Source: Syntrophorhabdaceae bacterium (GTDB lineage: Bacteria; Desulfobacterota; Syntrophorhabdia; Syntrophorhabdales; Syntrophorhabdaceae). From it: DNA of 64,000 nucleotides. A program made the translations under genes and the position numbers. The notes under the pieces are model-generated. The model saw nothing but the letters and a program-made list of their open reading frames with translations. It was not told the origin of the DNA and made no database searches. Shown piece by piece: positions 9,030 through 18,228 of the stretch. Position 1 is the stretch's first letter, and the number at the start of each line of letters is the position of its first letter. The stretch spans positions 4,864,001-4,928,000 of the forward strand of contig OY762209.1 in assembly GCA_963665295.1 (NCBI GenBank), read 5' to 3'.

Positions 9030-10323
9030 GGTAACAGTAGGATTAATCGGTTTAGTGGCTTTACTGGTGCTCTTTCTCATGGGGCTCGAACTGGCTATAG
9101 CGATGCTGGTGGTGGGTTTCGTGGGGTTCGCGTACATTGTCAATCTCGATGCGGCGTTCAACCTGGTAGCAAAGGATATCTTTGACGCTTTCGAGTCGTA
9201 CAGCCTGACGGTGGTGCCTCTCTTTGTCCTCATGGGCCAGCTCGCCTATAACGCGGGGATTGCGAAAAGGCTCTACGGAACGGCCCACCGCTTCCTCGGG
9301 CACATCAAGGGCGGACTCGCCATCGCCACGGTATCGGGGTGCACCATATTCGGCGCCATCTGCGGCTCAGCCGCAGCCACGGCGGCGACGTTCTCGTCCG
9401 TCTCTATTCCGGAAATGGACCGGTTCGGGTACAAGAGAAGCTTTTCGGCAGGCCTCGTCGCCATCGCAGGGACCCTGGGCATCATGATACCGCCGAGCGT
9501 ACCCATGATCATCTATGGTATTATCACCCAGCAATCCATCGGCAGGCTCTTCGTGGCAGGCATAGTCCCTGGTGTGGTTATCTGCTTCCTTTTCATCGGT
9601 CTCATCGTGGCCCGGTGCCGTATAAATCCCGACATTGCGCCTATGGGTGAACGGTTCACCTGGAAAGAGCGTTTCGCTTCTCTCTCCGGCGTGATATGGC
9701 CCCTTGCGATATTCGCGGTAGTCATGGAAGGTCTCCTTCAGGGTATCTTTACGCCCACGGAGGCGGCAAGCGTGGGCACCTTCGCCATACTCCTCCTCTC
9801 TCTTGCCCGGCGCGACGTAACCTTGCCGGGCATCATCAAGTCCGTGGGGGAAAGCCTTCTCACCGCCACCATGGTCCTTTTCCTCCTTGCAGGATCCACA
9901 GTCCTCGGACACTTTCTCGCCGTAACAAAGATTCCTATCTTCGTATCCGAATGGGTGGTGGGTCTGCCCTTTCCCAACTGGACAATCATGATGATCATAT
10001 GTTTCATCTATCTTCTGGGGGGCTCTTTCATCGACGACCTCGCCTTCATGGTGCTCGCCACGCCGATCTTCTTCCCTGCGGTGCTCAAACTCGGGTATAA
10101 CCCCATCTGGTTCGGCATCATGATCACCATAACGGTAATGGTGGGAATAGTGGTCCCTCCGGTGGCCCTTAACGTCTTCGTGGTGAAGAATATAACCAAG
10201 ACGTCGTTCAAGGACATCTATATCGGCGTCTACCCATTTCTTCTCGGGCTCGTGGGTTGTGCGATCCTCTTATTCATCTTCCCCCAGATCGCGCTCTTTC
10301 TCCCGAACCTGCTTTATAAGTGA
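9022..10323 (+). CDS. TRAP transporter large permease (DctM)
   Basis: PLFVLMG, GTLGIMIPPS, FTPTEAA, VPPV motifs. Confidence 0.92.
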   Translation: MNEVTVGLIGLVALLVLFLMGLELAIAMLVVGFVGFAYIVNLDAAFNLVAKDIFDAFESYSLTVVPLFVLMGQLAYNAGIAKRLYGTAHRFLGHIKGGLAIATVSGCTIFGAICGSAAATAATFSSVSIPEMDRFGYKRSFSAGLVAIAGTLGIMIPPSVPMIIYGIITQQSIGRLFVAGIVPGVVICFLFIGLIVARCRINPDIAPMGERFTWKERFASLSGVIWPLAIFAVVMEGLLQGIFTPTEAASVGTFAILLLSLARRDVTLPGIIKSVGESLLTATMVLFLLAGSTVLGHFLAVTKIPIFVSEWVVGLPFPNWTIMMIICFIYLLGGSFIDDLAFMVLATPIFFPAVLKLGYNPIWFGIMITITVMVGIVVPPVALNVFVVKNITKTSFKDIYIGVYPFLLGLVGCAILLFIFPQIALFLPNLLYK

Positions 10324-10399
10324 GGATAAGATTATGGAAGCATCGACCACCCCGCGTGGTGCAATAGACTTCAAAAAAACTAAGGATAGGGGGTTTTCT

Positions 10400-11431
10400 A
10401 TGAAACGATCCGCATCTGCAATGTCTTTGTTGGCCGTCCTCTTTCTGGGCTTCGGCCTGCTCTACTCCGGCGCCGCCCATGCCCAGCAGGGCACGGTGAC
10501 GCTCAACTACTCCAATTTCTTCCCTGCGAACCACAAACACAGCCTTCTCGCGGAACAGTGGTGCCAGGAAGTAACCAAGAGAACGAACGGCAAGGTAAAA
10601 GTGACCATGTTCCATGGGGGTACGTTGACTTCTCCCCAACTGGCGTACGACGGCGTAGTGAAGGGCCTCTCCGATATGGCCCTCGGCGTGTTCAGCTATT
10701 CCAGAGGCCGCTTTGCCCTCACGGAAGTGATCGATTTGCCCCTAGGTTTCAGGAGCGGCTATATCGCCACAAAACTCGTGAATGAATATTACAGGAAGTT
10801 CAAACCAAAAGAAATGGATGACGTGAAGGTCATGTATCTCCATGCCCATGGACCCGCCATTCTTCACACGGGAAAGAGACCCGTCGCGAAACTCGAAGAA
10901 ATGAAGGGCCTCAAAGTAAGAGTCACTCCCCTTGCCACGCCGACTCTCTCGGCCCTGGGGGCCACTCCTGTGGCAATGCCCATGGGAGATACCTACGATT
11001 CCCTGTCGAAGGGCGTAGTGGACGGGGCCTTCTCCCCTTATGAAGCCCTTGAAGGCTGGAAATGGGGCGAGATCGTAAAGTATTCCACGGAGTGCTATGC
11101 CGTCTCCCCGTCGAGCGCGTTCTTTGTAGTCATGAACAAGAAGAAGTGGGATTCCCTGTCTCCCGAGGTTCACAAAATCATTGAGAAGATCAATGACGAA
11201 TGGATAGAGAAACAGGGTAAGGTCTGGGACGAGATAGACACGGAAGGCAAGGCCTTCGCAGTCAAGAAAGGGCACAAGAGCATCACCCTTTCGGGCGCGG
11301 AACAGGCAAGATGGGTAGCCGCGGTCAAACCGGTCCTTGACGATTACATGAAGAGAACCAAGGCAAAAGGACTACCCGGCGACGAAGTCCTGAAATTCAG
11401 CATCGATTACCTCAAGAAGAACCAGAAGTAG
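10400..11431 (+). CDS. TRAP transporter substrate-binding protein (DctP)
   Basis: signal peptide, MKGLKVR, LGATPVAMPMGDTYDSLSKGVVDG. Confidence 0.92.
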   Translation: MKRSASAMSLLAVLFLGFGLLYSGAAHAQQGTVTLNYSNFFPANHKHSLLAEQWCQEVTKRTNGKVKVTMFHGGTLTSPQLAYDGVVKGLSDMALGVFSYSRGRFALTEVIDLPLGFRSGYIATKLVNEYYRKFKPKEMDDVKVMYLHAHGPAILHTGKRPVAKLEEMKGLKVRVTPLATPTLSALGATPVAMPMGDTYDSLSKGVVDGAFSPYEALEGWKWGEIVKYSTECYAVSPSSAFFVVMNKKKWDSLSPEVHKIIEKINDEWIEKQGKVWDEIDTEGKAFAVKKGHKSITLSGAEQARWVAAVKPVLDDYMKRTKAKGLPGDEVLKFSIDYLKKNQK

Positions 11432-11447
11432 AAGGTGGAAGGATCAG

Positions 11448-11487
11448 GCATCCCCGGCACGACTCACCTGCCGGGGATGCTGTTTTT
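11448..11487 (+). terminator. intrinsic terminator of mutase/TRAP operon
   Basis: GCATCCCCGGCA / TGCCGGGGATGC 12-bp stem followed by TGTTTTT. Confidence 0.75.
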
Positions 11488-11508
11488 CACCGCGGAAAAA
11501 ATGCGCCC

Positions 11509-12075
11509 CTATTTCGGCAGAGCCTTAAGCTCCTGCAACTGCTGCCGGATAGTCGCGGCCTGCTCGCCTGACGCTCCGGCCTTGAGGCAGTCTTCCCAGG
11601 CCTCGATCGCCCCTTTCACGTCCTTCTTATCGTGGAGGAGTATGATCCCGAGGTTGTACCTGCTGTTCACGTGCTTCGGGTCTTGCCGGGCGGCCTCCTT
11701 CAATTCCTTTACCGCCCTATCATACTCTTTGAGGCCCCTGTACATGACGGCCATGTCCGTACGCACATCCGAATCCTTCGGATCAATGGCAAGGGCCCTC
11801 GTGTACATGTCAATGGCCTTCTGATTCCGGTGGGCGTCGAAGTACTTATTTCCAAGGGTGATAAGCGCCTTGAGGTTGTTCGGGTCCGCCTTGAGCACGC
11901 CTTCGAGAGTCCGAATCTCCTCGTCGGACGGTATGGCAGGAACGGACGGGGCGGCCGTCATTGCCCCCGTTGGATGAACTTCCTTGGAGGAAAACCTTAT
12001 TCCCGCGTAGACGCCGGCCACGAAGCCTACCAGCAGGCTCGCCATTACAAGGATAATGACCTTTTCCTTCTGCAT
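11509..12075 (-). CDS. membrane-anchored tetratricopeptide repeat protein
   Basis: N-terminal TM helix, TPRs (ALITLGNKYFD..AIDMYTRALAIDP). Confidence 0.85.
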   Translation of the reverse strand: MQKEKVIILVMASLLVGFVAGVYAGIRFSSKEVHPTGAMTAAPSVPAIPSDEEIRTLEGVLKADPNNLKALITLGNKYFDAHRNQKAIDMYTRALAIDPKDSDVRTDMAVMYRGLKEYDRAVKELKEAARQDPKHVNSRYNLGIILLHDKKDVKGAIEAWEDCLKAGASGEQAATIRQQLQELKALPK

Positions 12076-12135
12076 ATGGAGAACTATATTCCATTGACAC
12101 GGGTTGTTGCAAGGAGTTTTTGAAAAGGAAAGTAC

Positions 12136-12492
12136 ATGGGATTCAGAAACACCAGGAAGACATGCTGCACACCGGGACCCATCGCGTGGCTCAGGACCCT
12201 TTCCCTGTCCGACGGCTCAAAGGCGAGCGTCATCGGTCTCGATGCGATCTTCGAGGACATATGCGGACACGGGGCCGGGCCTTCCCCGGAAACCGCGTCG
12301 GAGATCGTCCGGAGGCTGTCCCGCAAGAACAATATTCCCCTTTCCCTGGTCGGGCTTTACGAAGACGCGGTGCTCCGGGAGTTCACCACCTATATGGAGT
12401 GCAGAACGTGCGAGGATACACCTGAAGATTCGCAGGCCCCTGCCCTTCCACGAAAGGGTATTTTCTCCCGGTTCATGGGATGGCTGAAATAA
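12136..12492 (+). CDS. hypothetical Cys-containing protein, paralog of 29039..29347
   Basis: shared pattern DG..V.GL..I...ET..EI..RL..KN.P.S..Y with the 29 kb ORF. Confidence 0.65.
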   Translation: MGFRNTRKTCCTPGPIAWLRTLSLSDGSKASVIGLDAIFEDICGHGAGPSPETASEIVRRLSRKNNIPLSLVGLYEDAVLREFTTYMECRTCEDTPEDSQAPALPRKGIFSRFMGWLK

Positions 12493-12616
12493 GCGGGACC
12501 GCCCGGGAATAGAAATATTCAGGATTCGCCCGTAGCCCATTCGATTTGAACGGCGAAACAGGCTGAAGCCGTTGTCGAAGGATGCTTTTGCATCGCCCCG
12601 TGGTATCAAGGTCCGG

Positions 12617-13549
12617 TCAGCGCGGGTCATATCGTAGAAGAGATTTCTTCAGGTCCCCCCGGACTATTTCCCGGAACCAGTCGGGGGAGACCACTTCCAC
12701 ATAAGGAATCCAGCGGTAAATCCAATTACGTATCCCGTCGGCGCCCTTCACCGCGAATTTCATTTCCAGCCGGCCGTCAGGTAACGTCTTTACCTCCTGG
12801 CGCTGTTGCCATTTTCTTCTGAGGACGCTCGACTGAATCTCTTTATCGAAGAGCAGGGTTATCTCCACCGGCTCCCCATCCAGGTATGCGCCGAAGGCTC
12901 CGGAGAGTTCCTCGTGTGGAGAAACAGGCCGCGGGACAAAATGTTCATCAAGGGTGTTTAGAGAAATCATCTTGTCGAGCGCAAAGACCCGGAGGTCCTT
13001 TCTGAGGTTACAGTACGCCCTGAGGTTCCAGAACCCGCCCTCGAAGAAAAGGTAGTAAGGGTCGAGTTTTCTCGTGGTCACCTGACTGGTGGACAACGCC
13101 CTATAGACTATCTCCACCCGCTGGAAGTTTATTATGGCCTGATGCAGGAACCCAAGATAGCGACCTGTCTTCTCGGGCAATTCTTCGCTGGAGAGAATAA
13201 TATGGCCCGTGACGTCGGTTCTCTTTGCGGCAAGTCTTTCTTCCAGTTTGTTGAAGCTGTTCTCGAACCCGGGCCCGAATTTCGTAAGAAGCTTTTTTGC
13301 GAGGGCGAGGCCGAGTATCTCCCCTGTTGAGAGAGACGGCCTTGTAAGGGTGAACCCCTCGTCGAAGGTGTAGCTGCCCTTTTTCCGGTCGTAGTTTATG
13401 GGGAAACCGGCAGTGAGGAGGGTATCCATGTAACGGTACACACTCCTGTCGCTAATCTCGAACTCGTCCATGAGAGACCTGGCCGTCACGTGCTCCCTGC
13501 GATCCAGCTTGTTCAGAATCGTTATAAGGGTATCGAATTTGTATGACAT
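12617..13549 (-). CDS. HTH-WYL-WCX transcriptional regulator (YafY/DriD/PafBC family)
   Basis: wHTH (EFEISDRSVYRYMDTL..AGFPI), WYL domain (RKLDPYYL..GFWNLRAYC..R.DLRVFALDK), WCX (VEVVSPDWFR). Confidence 0.92.
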   Translation of the reverse strand: MSYKFDTLITILNKLDRREHVTARSLMDEFEISDRSVYRYMDTLLTAGFPINYDRKKGSYTFDEGFTLTRPSLSTGEILGLALAKKLLTKFGPGFENSFNKLEERLAAKRTDVTGHIILSSEELPEKTGRYLGFLHQAIINFQRVEIVYRALSTSQVTTRKLDPYYLFFEGGFWNLRAYCNLRKDLRVFALDKMISLNTLDEHFVPRPVSPHEELSGAFGAYLDGEPVEITLLFDKEIQSSVLRRKWQQRQEVKTLPDGRLEMKFAVKGADGIRNWIYRWIPYVEVVSPDWFREIVRGDLKKSLLRYDPR

Positions 13550-13906
13550 GTATTCTCCTTATCACTGCATTATGTTGCCGTCACAGCCGGGGCCCCCTCT
13601 TCCCCGCCCTGTTCACCTCAACGAAGACCGCTTTGTCCCCTTTACCCGGGGCATCCCGGACTATTCCATTATCCCGGACTCACCGGGAGATTCAACCTCC
13701 GCGGAGAAACTTATCAGTACCACATCGGACAAAAAATTTCCCGACAAAAACCCTCCTCTTGAACATAATCCGGGTTGTCCTCTTTCCGGACCCGGCCGGT
13801 CCGCTTCGAGGACAAACGATACAGGGGTCCTTGTGATGCCTTTCCGTTGCGGCCATCCTGCAAAAGACCGGTGGTGGTCTGAATTTTCTCTACTTCCTCT
13901 CTACAC

Positions 13907-13939
13907 TGACAGACTGCTGTCACTCCAACCTGATACTCT
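13907..13939 (+). promoter_or_regulatory. WYL-activator-type promoter (palindrome plus -10)
   Basis: TGACAG-actg-CTGTCA (13907-13922); TGTCAC-N10-TACTCT fits the TGTCnn-N10-TAnnnT layout. Confidence 0.65.
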
Positions 13940-13982
13940 TTATGTATGGTTGGAAACGAAAAGACAAAGGAGGTAACCCATT

Positions 13983-14159
13983 ATGCCGCTTTATGCATTC
14001 AGGATATATGACGTGTACAGGACTGTTGATGCCTTCACCCTGGCGGACGCCCTCAAGGAGGCTGATATCAGGGAAGGTGATGAGTACGAGCTCATCGATG
14101 AAGAAGATTTCGAGGACATATGCTTCTTGTCGGCAAAAGCCGGAGACATGCTTCTGTGA
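13983..14159 (+). CDS. 58-aa acidic small protein (absent from ORF track)
   Basis: AAAGGAGGT SD; MPLYAFRIYDVYRTVDAFTLADALKEADIREGDEYELIDEEDFEDICFLSAKAGDMLL. Confidence 0.7.
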   Translation: MPLYAFRIYDVYRTVDAFTLADALKEADIREGDEYELIDEEDFEDICFLSAKAGDMLL

Positions 14160-14204
14160 CTCGTAAGGCCCCGAACAACCAATCAAACCTACGGAGGTAG
14201 ACAT

Positions 14205-14555
14205 ATGGGAACTGAAATAGTCTGTTTTTTTGAGACCTGTTCATGCCGCAACACCATTGAAAAAGAGAAAACCGGCGCCATAGCGCGGGCCACAATAAAG
14301 CAGCGTATGGTCAAGTCCATACTTCCCGTACTCCTTATCCTGCTCTTCTTCGCGTTGGCGCCCCCTGACTCTCAGGCACCCGAGCTTACCGAACGCGACA
14401 TCTATGGATACGATACATACCGCGTGTCGGAGAGCGGCGCTATCCTTGATAAGGATGGCGCTATCAAGGGATGGTTTAAGGACAACAGAGTATACGACAC
14501 CCAGTGGAACGAAGAGCCGCCTCTCACACCAAAGAGGTCGGGTCGGACCCGATGA
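14205..14555 (+). CDS. hypothetical membrane/secreted protein
   Basis: GGAGGT SD; internal signal-peptide-like MVKSILPVLLILLFFALA (alternative start 14307). Confidence 0.5.
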   Translation: MGTEIVCFFETCSCRNTIEKEKTGAIARATIKQRMVKSILPVLLILLFFALAPPDSQAPELTERDIYGYDTYRVSESGAILDKDGAIKGWFKDNRVYDTQWNEEPPLTPKRSGRTR

Positions 14556-14596
14556 ACACTATGAACAGGCAAAATGTATGCCTCATTTCCTCTTCG

Positions 14597-15493
14597 TTAC
14601 AGCAGTCCGGCGATTATGGAAAGGCCGTTGATGAAGTAGAGGGACCGCACATACTTACCGTACCCGTCGAGAAGGACCCAATCATCGGTCTTTCTCGCGA
14701 CGGCCATCATCTTCCGGAATATGGGAATGCCGAAAAGGCTGATCACTGCTACGAAGGAGAGCAGCCCTGAGAGGACCAGAGCTATTATTGTCCCGTAGAT
14801 GAGGGCAAAGAAGACGAAAAGCCCGTAGTATGCGCCCTTCTTGCCCAACCTCACCGCAAGGGTCCGTTTCCCTGCCTCGCGGTCGGTCTTCATGTCCGGC
14901 AGGCTCTGGTAGTAGAGTATGGACGCCACCATAAGCCCCACAGGCACGGATATCCAGAAAGCCCTCCCATCCGGACGGCCCGCCATAACCCAGTAAGTCC
15001 CTACCACCATAACCGGTCCCATGTTGATCCCCACGAACAACTCTCCGAGACCGTGATACCCGTACCGCACCGGGGGAGCCACATAGAAAAGGCTGCTCAG
15101 AAAGGCGAAAAGGACAAGGGGGAATATGACGAAGAGGTCGAGGGCGGCCATGAGATAGAATGCCGCCACAAAGGCAAGAAAATAAAGGATGATAATCGCC
15201 CGTAAGATCGCGCCTGGGGATAGTTTGCCCTCCTGGATAACCCGCGACCCACCGATGGCATCCCCCTCGTCGGTCCCCTCCTTGTGCTCGAAGTAATCGT
15301 TGGCGAGGTTCGTGGCAAGGTGGACCATGAGCGCGGCGAGAATAACCACAAGGAATCTGCCCGGACGCCAACCTCCATCACGGGCGAGTATCCACCCGAT
15401 TACGAGGGGTATAAGGGTGGCGACAAAGAAGGGGGGACGGCTCGCCTGAATCCACGCCTTCAGTTCTTCCTTTCTCAATATACGTTCATCCAT
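14597..15493 (-). CDS. menA: 1,4-dihydroxy-2-naphthoate prenyltransferase (MenA/UBIAD1 type)
   Basis: WIQASRPP, NLANDYFE..GTD, YGYHGLGE, PDMKTDREAGKRTLAVRLG. Confidence 0.85.
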   Translation of the reverse strand: MDERILRKEELKAWIQASRPPFFVATLIPLVIGWILARDGGWRPGRFLVVILAALMVHLATNLANDYFEHKEGTDEGDAIGGSRVIQEGKLSPGAILRAIIILYFLAFVAAFYLMAALDLFVIFPLVLFAFLSSLFYVAPPVRYGYHGLGELFVGINMGPVMVVGTYWVMAGRPDGRAFWISVPVGLMVASILYYQSLPDMKTDREAGKRTLAVRLGKKGAYYGLFVFFALIYGTIIALVLSGLLSFVAVISLFGIPIFRKMMAVARKTDDWVLLDGYGKYVRSLYFINGLSIIAGLL

Positions 15494-15535
15494 TATGGTC
15501 CATATCCGCGGACGAGGGTGTGCGCCCCCCTTCCG

Positions 15536-16285
15536 TTATGTGTTCTTCCACTTGCAGCACTTCCTTTCAAGGACATCGAACGTCTCATAGAGGATAATGC
15601 CGATCATGGAAAGGGAAATAATGCCTACAAACATGGTGGGATAATCCGCCCTGCCCCACGAATCGATAATGTAGAAGCCCAGCCCCTTGCTCGTGCCTAT
15701 GGATTCAACGAAGAATAAGACCGCCACCGATGTGCCCGTCACGATGCGGAGCGACGTGAATATGCCGGGAAGGCTGACGGGCCAGACTACATGGCGGTAA
15801 AAGTCGAAGCGGCTGCCTCCCAGGGATTTCAGGGAATAGACCACCTCCGTATCAATGCTGCGCGCCGCGTCTCTGGTGGTGATAAGGAGCTGGAAGAAGA
15901 TGATCATGGCGATAAGCACGATCTTGCTCGTATCTCCGAGACCGAAAAACACGAAAATGACGGGCATGAGCACGATCTTGGGGATAGGGTATCCGAGATA
16001 GATAAGGGGCGCCACGAGGCGGTCGAACCGGGGGTTGCTCCCGAGAAACAACCCGACGGGGACGGCGGTCACAAATGCAATGAAGAGCCCTGAAAAGATG
16101 CGAAAAGTGCTCGCCCCCACGTGCCCCCAGAAAGGGGGTTCCCCTATTTCCCTGAACCCTTGAGAGAACACCAGGAAGGGATCAGGAAGGAGCGTGCTGC
16201 CCAGCAGGAGAGAAAGGGCATACCAGAGGGCATAGACAAAAATGATCGTACCGCCATATGCGAGAAGTTGCTGATGTCGTTTCAT
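15536..16285 (-). CDS. ABC transporter permease (SsuC/TauC type)
   Basis: YPIPKIVLMP, SLKSLGGS...VVWP.SLPGIFTSLR. Confidence 0.9.
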   Translation of the reverse strand: MKRHQQLLAYGGTIIFVYALWYALSLLLGSTLLPDPFLVFSQGFREIGEPPFWGHVGASTFRIFSGLFIAFVTAVPVGLFLGSNPRFDRLVAPLIYLGYPIPKIVLMPVIFVFFGLGDTSKIVLIAMIIFFQLLITTRDAARSIDTEVVYSLKSLGGSRFDFYRHVVWPVSLPGIFTSLRIVTGTSVAVLFFVESIGTSKGLGFYIIDSWGRADYPTMFVGIISLSMIGIILYETFDVLERKCCKWKNT

Positions 16286-17037
16286 GCGGAGAACTCGAGG
16301 ACCCTTCTCAGTTCGAGGGTCCGCTCAAAAAATTCCGCCTGACTGCGGTAATCGGGATCGCCCGCAGCCGGGTTGTCAAGGACGGCGGTTATGCCTGCCT
16401 TGTTGTCGAGGACCAGGACCCTTCTCCCCATGAAAACGGCCTCATCAAAACTGTGGGTGACTATGATAAAGCTGAATCGTCGCTCCTTGAATACGGCGAG
16501 GAGGCCGTTCTGAAGCCGTTCCCTGGTGAGGGTATCGATGGCGGCAAAGGGTTCGTCGAGGAGGAGCAGACTTGGCCTCAGCAAAATAGCCCTGGCAAGG
16601 GCCACTCTCTGGCGCTGCCCGCCGGAGAGCTGGGCAGGATAGAGATGGTCGAGGTCTTCTATGCCGAGGCCCCTCTTTACCTCCTGCAAATCAGCGCCCG
16701 CGACCTTAATCTTCTGCAATCCGGCCCCGAGAGAGATGTTCGCCCCCACCGTCTTCCACGGGAGGAGCCCGTAGTGCTGCAGGACCAGGGCAATCTTCTT
16801 GCTGGGGCCCGTAACCTCCGCGTCGTCCAGCCACACCGCGCCCTCGGTGGAAGGTAATAACCCCGCGACAATCAGCAGAAGGGTGGTCTTCCCGCAACCC
16901 GACGGTCCTACGATTGCGAGGGAGTCGTGATGCGACAGGCCGAAGCTGATATCCTTGAGCACCGTCTTCGGAGTACCGTTGCTGAAAAAGGTTTTTCCGA
17001 GTCCGCTTACCCTCAGGAGGTCAGGGGAGATAGCCAT
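16282..17037 (-). CDS. ABC transporter ATP-binding protein (SsuB/TauB type)
   Basis: GPSGCGKTT, LSGGQRQR, LLLDEPF. Confidence 0.93.
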   Translation of the reverse strand: MAISPDLLRVSGLGKTFFSNGTPKTVLKDISFGLSHHDSLAIVGPSGCGKTTLLLIVAGLLPSTEGAVWLDDAEVTGPSKKIALVLQHYGLLPWKTVGANISLGAGLQKIKVAGADLQEVKRGLGIEDLDHLYPAQLSGGQRQRVALARAILLRPSLLLLDEPFAAIDTLTRERLQNGLLAVFKERRFSFIIVTHSFDEAVFMGRRVLVLDNKAGITAVLDNPAAGDPDYRSQAEFFERTLELRRVLEFSA

Positions 17038-17959
17038 CGGCCACCAACTGCGTGAAAGCTACTTCCCTCTTGATAGTGCCCTTTTGATGAAGCCATCGGG
17101 CCACGTCCGCCACCTGACCGACGGTAGGGAGGGCCGGCTTCGGGAATTGGGGTACCGGGAAGCCCGTCTTCAACTGGTCCGGAATTCTGCACTCACGGTT
17201 CATGATGGCCCGCGCTTCCTCGGGGTGTTTGTTGATATAATCCGACGCCCTCTCCACGGCCTTGAGGAAGGCTTTCACCTTGTCAGGGTGCTTCGCCATA
17301 AACCCTTCGCTAAAGGCAAGCACAGTAGCCGACCAACCTTTTCCCGCTTCGTCCATGACCGCCTTGCCGCCTTTCATCTCCGCAAGGGTGGCAAGGGGCT
17401 CGGGCAGGACCGCCACGGACACCTGGCCCGCGACGAGCATCTGCAAGCGCACCGGTATGTTTTTTATCTCCACCATCTTTACCTGGTTCAAGGGAATACC
17501 CTTGATGGAAAGGAACTTCCCCGTAAGATAATCGAGGACTGTATTCGAACTGACTGCCACCCCTTCTCCGACAACGTCCTTAAGGTCCCTGCCCGCATAC
17601 TTCGGCCCCAGGACAAGGGCGAACATCCTCTGGTTCTTCGTCGAGTTATGGACCACGGCCACTATCCTTATGGGAATCTTGTTGGCCGAAAGGACCATGC
17701 AGGTGAGGATATCACCAAAATATCCGGAGATCTGACCCGAGGTAAAGGCCACGTCCTTTTCCAGGGCGGAGTTAAAAGGGGTAAGTTCCACCGCAACCCC
17801 CTGTTCCTTGAAGAAGCCCTTTTCCGCCGCCACAAAGACCGGCAGGCACTGGATTACAGGCAGGGTGCCGAAGCGGATATCAGGGGCGGCATGGGCGGCG
17901 ACAGGGAGAACAAGGATAGTACCTATGATTAAAAGGATTGCGTATCTCACGAATTTCAT
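17021..17959 (-). CDS. ABC transporter substrate-binding protein (SsuA/THI5-like)
   Basis: signal peptide, PVFVAAEKGFFKEQG, LPEPLAT. Confidence 0.88.
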   Translation of the reverse strand: MKFVRYAILLIIGTILVLPVAAHAAPDIRFGTLPVIQCLPVFVAAEKGFFKEQGVAVELTPFNSALEKDVAFTSGQISGYFGDILTCMVLSANKIPIRIVAVVHNSTKNQRMFALVLGPKYAGRDLKDVVGEGVAVSSNTVLDYLTGKFLSIKGIPLNQVKMVEIKNIPVRLQMLVAGQVSVAVLPEPLATLAEMKGGKAVMDEAGKGWSATVLAFSEGFMAKHPDKVKAFLKAVERASDYINKHPEEARAIMNRECRIPDQLKTGFPVPQFPKPALPTVGQVADVARWLHQKGTIKREVAFTQLVADGYLP

Positions 17960-18228
17960 GCCTGTCTCCTCCCTCCGGACCCTTTTCCCGGCGGATTGGC
18001 TCCCGTGGTCAAGGAATAGTTCCCCCAAGCCCGACGGTGCTACTTTATCATGAAAAGGCAATGTAATCAAGGTGAAAGCCGTTCTATCGGGGACGCCAGG
18101 CAAAGTGCGTGCGAAACAAAAGCGTTTTAAAGAGCGCCTCCGGTCGGGTTGATAATACCCCCGGCTGTAAGCGGGAACCAGGTGCTGCCGGTGGTGCGGT
18201 CCGGAGCGCCTTGTCTTCGAACTATTTA

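Noticed and set aside
13650..13820. Repeated ATCCCGGACT and GACAAAAA words upstream of the WYL gene
   Set aside because: Too short and irregular to call as sites or an array
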